A stretch of DNA of 64,000 nt from Paludibacteraceae bacterium (GTDB lineage: Bacteria; Bacteroidota; Bacteroidia; Bacteroidales; Paludibacteraceae): contig JAFTIM010000004.1 of the NCBI GenBank assembly GCA_017456885.1, forward strand, positions 188,851-252,850, written 5' to 3'. A program made the position numbers and the translations under genes. Position 1 is the first letter of the stretch, and each line of letters starts with the position of its first letter. Below, in pieces: positions 61,311 through 64,000 of the stretch. The notes beneath the pieces are model-generated. The model did not search any database, had not been told where the DNA came from, and saw only the letters and a list, made by a program, of their open reading frames with translations.

Positions 61311-62507
61311 TTACAAATCCTTTAATATCTGTGCATTTGCTCTATCAACTACGGCATTATCCAATGATGCCAAATAGATTTGTGTAGTCATCTCCGAGTC
61401 GTGTCCCATACCTTCACTGATAACAGATATTGGGATATTCTTACTCTTAGCAATGCTCGCCCACGAATGACGGGCTACATATAGGGTTAGAGGAATGGAT
61501 AATCCGACCATATTCGCAATCTCTTTTAGCGACTTGTTAGTGCGATATAGCACATTCTTATATTGGTTTCTATCGTATGGATATTTGAGAATGGGTAACA
61601 AATATGGGCTGTAGTAATCAGCATCGTGTTTATCCACAATCTCCTGCATACACCTCTCCCATTTAATGAATAATTGTTGCCCTGTTTTGCGTCTGCGGTA
61701 TGATAGTATGCCATTAGAGAGGTCTTTTTTCTTGAGGTATGCCATATCAATAAAAGACATTCCTCGTGTGTAGAATGAGAACATAAACATATCTCGAGCA
61801 AAGTCCAACGATGGTTGCAATGACAGGTCGAGATTCTTAATCCGCTTGATTGCCTTTAATGGAATGGCTCGCTTAATGGTCTTATCAATACCCGTATAAA
61901 CGTGTTTGAATGGGGTTCGATTGGTGGTCAAATCCTTTTCAACTGCACGGTTATAAACCGCTCGGAGTATTCGCATATAGAACGAAGAACTGTTTTTTGT
62001 TAGTCCTCTATTATGCAAATAAGCCTCATACATCAGCATTAAATCGGAGTCAATATCTTCCAATAAAATATCCTTATCATCTCTAAACTCCATAAAACTT
62101 TTAAGCGTGCAACGATAGGTCTCCGATGTGCGTTGCTTACCCATCTGCTGCAATTGGGCTATAACACCCTGCATAAAGTTGAACAACGATTGCTCATTGA
62201 CTTGCTTCTAGAATGTGGAGATTATATCATCAGCGCTGTACTTTATTCGCTTTTTCTCTAATTGGTTAATGACAGATTGTAGTCGCTTAATATCCCAATC
62301 AATATGCTCCTCGATGGATTGCAGATAGTTCTGTCGGCTGTTATTGGTGGCGATTATAGCATTGTTATCTTCATTCCATTCGTGCATAAAGAGTCGGTAA
62401 TCCGTCTTTAACTGACGGATTACACGATTCTGAATTACCTGATAATAGATTGTTCCCTCTTTGTCCTCATTTGTCGAGGGTCGAAACCTTACCTTGATAC
62501 TTGCCAT
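61311..62507 (-). pseudogene. Tyrosine site-specific recombinase (Bacteroides integrase type) interrupted by an in-frame TAG
   Basis: N-terminal 99 aa (MASIKVRFRPS..., arm-binding type) and C-terminal 291 aa (YTRGMS, ARHSWAS, GHDSEMTTQIY catalytic R/H-x-x-R/Y) are in the same frame. They are separated by a TAG at 62208-62210. Confidence 0.85.
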
Positions 62508-63022
62508 ATTACTATATTATTTTTTGTTTTGATAATCCTTCTATATTTTTCTATTTTCCCCTATAGTATTCTACATTTAGTTTATACCTATTCTGCAAAA
62601 AAAGACCTATATAAATAAATGCCCTTATATTCACTCATTTGCTCATTTTTTTGGTTGTCTAAACTCAGAAAGCCCTCTATTCTATATTAGCATTCCACAA
62701 AAACAAGGATTAAGACACTATTGCATCGGCAACTCACATTGTATTCATGCCATCAAGGGATGTCGTTTCGCAAGTAACCGCTCTACAAAAAAAACAGCAA
62801 TAAAAAAAATAGCAAGTTTTATTTTAAATACGAAGTAATTTATTTTAATTGCTATTTAAATACAAAATACTTAAAAATATTTTAATTAAAAACAAAAGCA
62901 TTTTTTAATACTTCAAGAACCGATTATCTAAAACAAGCAAAATCGCAATTTCCATACTTTGCATACCTAAAAAACAAGTCGGCTTTTCGGCTTTAACATA
63001 GACATTTTTTAGAATAGCATAT

Positions 63023-63799
63023 ATGGAAACAAACAACTTAGGATTGTACGAAGCAGCCAACGAACACGACGCTTGCGGTGTGGGTATGGTTGTCAATATT
63101 CACGGTAACAAGTCACACGAGTTAGTAGATTCGGCTTTAAAAGTATTGGAAAACATGCGTCATCGCGGAGCGGAAGGTGCCGACGAGGTATTCGGAGGTT
63201 ATCTCTATTTTCACAAAGCTCCCGATGCAAAGGCTTTCCACGAAGAGACGGTACGAAAACTATCGAAGCTGTACCTTTACGACTGCCTGCGCGCTAATAA
63301 AAGCCTTTCGGCCTGAGGCGTAGAGGGTCGCGTGCCATTTCTCGACAAGGAATTTCTCGACGTGGCAATGCGTCTTGCCCCCGAGTCGAAAATGTGTTCG
63401 GGCAATACCATCGAGAAAAAAATCGTGCGCGAAGCCTTTGCCGATATGCTTCCCTACAATGTGGCTTGGCGACAAAAAGAGCAGTTCAGCGATGGCGTAG
63501 GTTACAATTGGATTGACACGTTGAGAGCCATCACTGCCGAAGCCGTCAGCGATGAACAAATGGCGCATGCTGCCGAACGCTTCCCCATCAATACGCCGAT
63601 GAACAAGGAGAAATACTACCATCGTTCGATATTCGAGGAGCATTTCCCGAGCAAAAGTGCGGCTTTGAGTGTTCCACACGAAGCCAGCGTAGCATGCTCC
63701 ACTGCCATTGCTCTTGAATGGGACAAAGCATGGAAAGGGAAAAACGAGCCAAGCGGTCGTGCCGTAAAAGATGTTCACGAAAAAGCATACGAAAAATAG
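63023..63799 (+). pseudogene. gltB'-'asnB fusion remnant (5' end of glutamate synthase large subunit joined in frame to the 3' third of asparagine synthase B) with an internal TGA
   Basis: Residues 1-54 ([14 protein letters not shown]...[10 protein letters not shown]) are GltB-like. From about 63185 the sequence [26 protein letters not shown]...RVPFLDKEFLDVAM...AWRQKEQFSDGVGY is AsnB-like. TGA at 63314-63316 replaces the Trp of the SAWGVE motif. Confidence 0.8.
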
Positions 63800-63824
63800 A
63801 CATTCTAAACAATTACTACAGATT

Positions 63825-64000
63825 ATGAAAAAACGCTGGATAATACTAATGACTGCTATGGTCATAATTGCCATTGCAGGACTATTCGCAACGGAACCGA
63901 CTTTCGATTGCGACTTTTCGAAAATAAATGCAGCAGACGTTGCATGGCTGATTACCGCCACGATATTTGTACTGATGATGACACCGGGGTTGTCGTTTTT
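63825..64000 (+). CDS. amt: Ammonium transporter (Amt family), 5' partial
   Basis: MKKRWIILMTAMVIIAIAG...ADVAWLITATIFVLMMTPGLSF matches the Amt N-terminal TM1 / TPGL(A/S)FF region. It runs off the window. Confidence 0.7.
   Translation, partial: MKKRWIILMTAMVIIAIAGLFATEPTFDCDFSKINAADVAWLITATIFVLMMTPGLSF

Larger units (their letters stand above)
55154..62600. mobile_element. Recombinase-associated accessory (defence-type) island between dapL and the gltB remnant
   Basis: The gene content switches from core metabolism to ATPase-nuclease, DUF262, HEPN, an R-M pair and a tyrosine recombinase. It is flanked by genes of one nitrogen-assimilation neighbourhood. No flanking direct repeats were found, so the ends are approximate. 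Confidence 0.45.

Noticed and set aside
62800-62880. 9-bp inverted repeat AAATAGCAA/TTGCTATTT and repeated ATTTAAATAC in the spacer upstream of the gltB remnant
   Set aside because: These are short, lie in very AT-rich low-complexity sequence, and have no associated promoter box or gene logic. They are likely chance or remnants of the old gltB control region.
55154-63022. Search for att-like direct repeats flanking the island
   Set aside because: Only matches of 7 nt or fewer (e.g. ATTCACT) were shared between the 55154-55532 and 62508-63022 spacers. These are indistinguishable from chance in AT-rich DNA, so no element ends are claimed.
63314-63316. The TGA at a conserved Trp position might indicate TGA->Trp recoding
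   Set aside because: TGA is used as a genuine stop elsewhere in the window (lgt at 9449-9451, the DUF262 gene at 58313-58315). The host ORF is already a deletion fusion. A nonsense mutation in a pseudogene is the simpler reading.
63260-63961. 233-aa minus-strand ORF
   Set aside because: It is antisense to the AsnB-like remnant and overlaps the amt start. The translation is hydrophobic and low-complexity with no signature.

Overview
This 64-kb window looks like a Bacteroidales-type chromosome segment. Supporting signs are many TAnnTTTG -7 promoter boxes, a T9SS C-terminal sorting domain, DapL, and an N-succinylornithine-type carbamoyltransferase. About 45 housekeeping genes can be called with good support: era, groES/groEL, trpB2, argF', lgt, secA, dnaB, murA, purU, gmk, thrS, lptB, valS, the run pyrG-guaA-carB-carA-purF, and dapL. 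There are also two tRNAs, Lys-UUU and Ala-CGC.

The accessory part is a roughly 7.5-kb island (about 55.2-62.6 kb) inserted between dapL and a decayed gltB/asnB/amt nitrogen-assimilation cluster. It carries:
- an AAA ATPase fused to a DUF4143 (PD-(D/E)xK-like) domain;
- a translationally coupled DUF262 (ParB-like) plus HEPN (R-x4-H) gene pair;
- a gamma-class N6-adenine methyltransferase with a putative endonuclease;
- a tyrosine recombinase interrupted by an in-frame TAG.

The most interesting observations:
1. A perfect 19-bp inverted repeat brackets a 154-bp promoter-bearing segment between the recombinase and the R-M operon. This is a candidate inverton, currently pointing away from the R-M genes.
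2. The DUF262-HEPN pair is a candidate defence module that, as far as I know, has not been characterised experimentally.
3. A 15-codon leader ORF with three consecutive Trp codons, followed by a terminator hairpin, lies upstream of trpB2 and looks like an attenuator.
4. An 11-nt G/C homopolymer frameshifts an MBOAT O-acyltransferase gene, which may mean phase variation.
5. An in-frame gltB'-'asnB deletion fusion also carries a TGG->TGA nonsense codon.
6. Sharply GC-rich blocks cover carAB, valS, and a pair of secreted hydrolase genes.

No rRNA genes or CRISPR arrays were seen. All protein calls come from my reading of the supplied translations. No database search or RNA folding was run.
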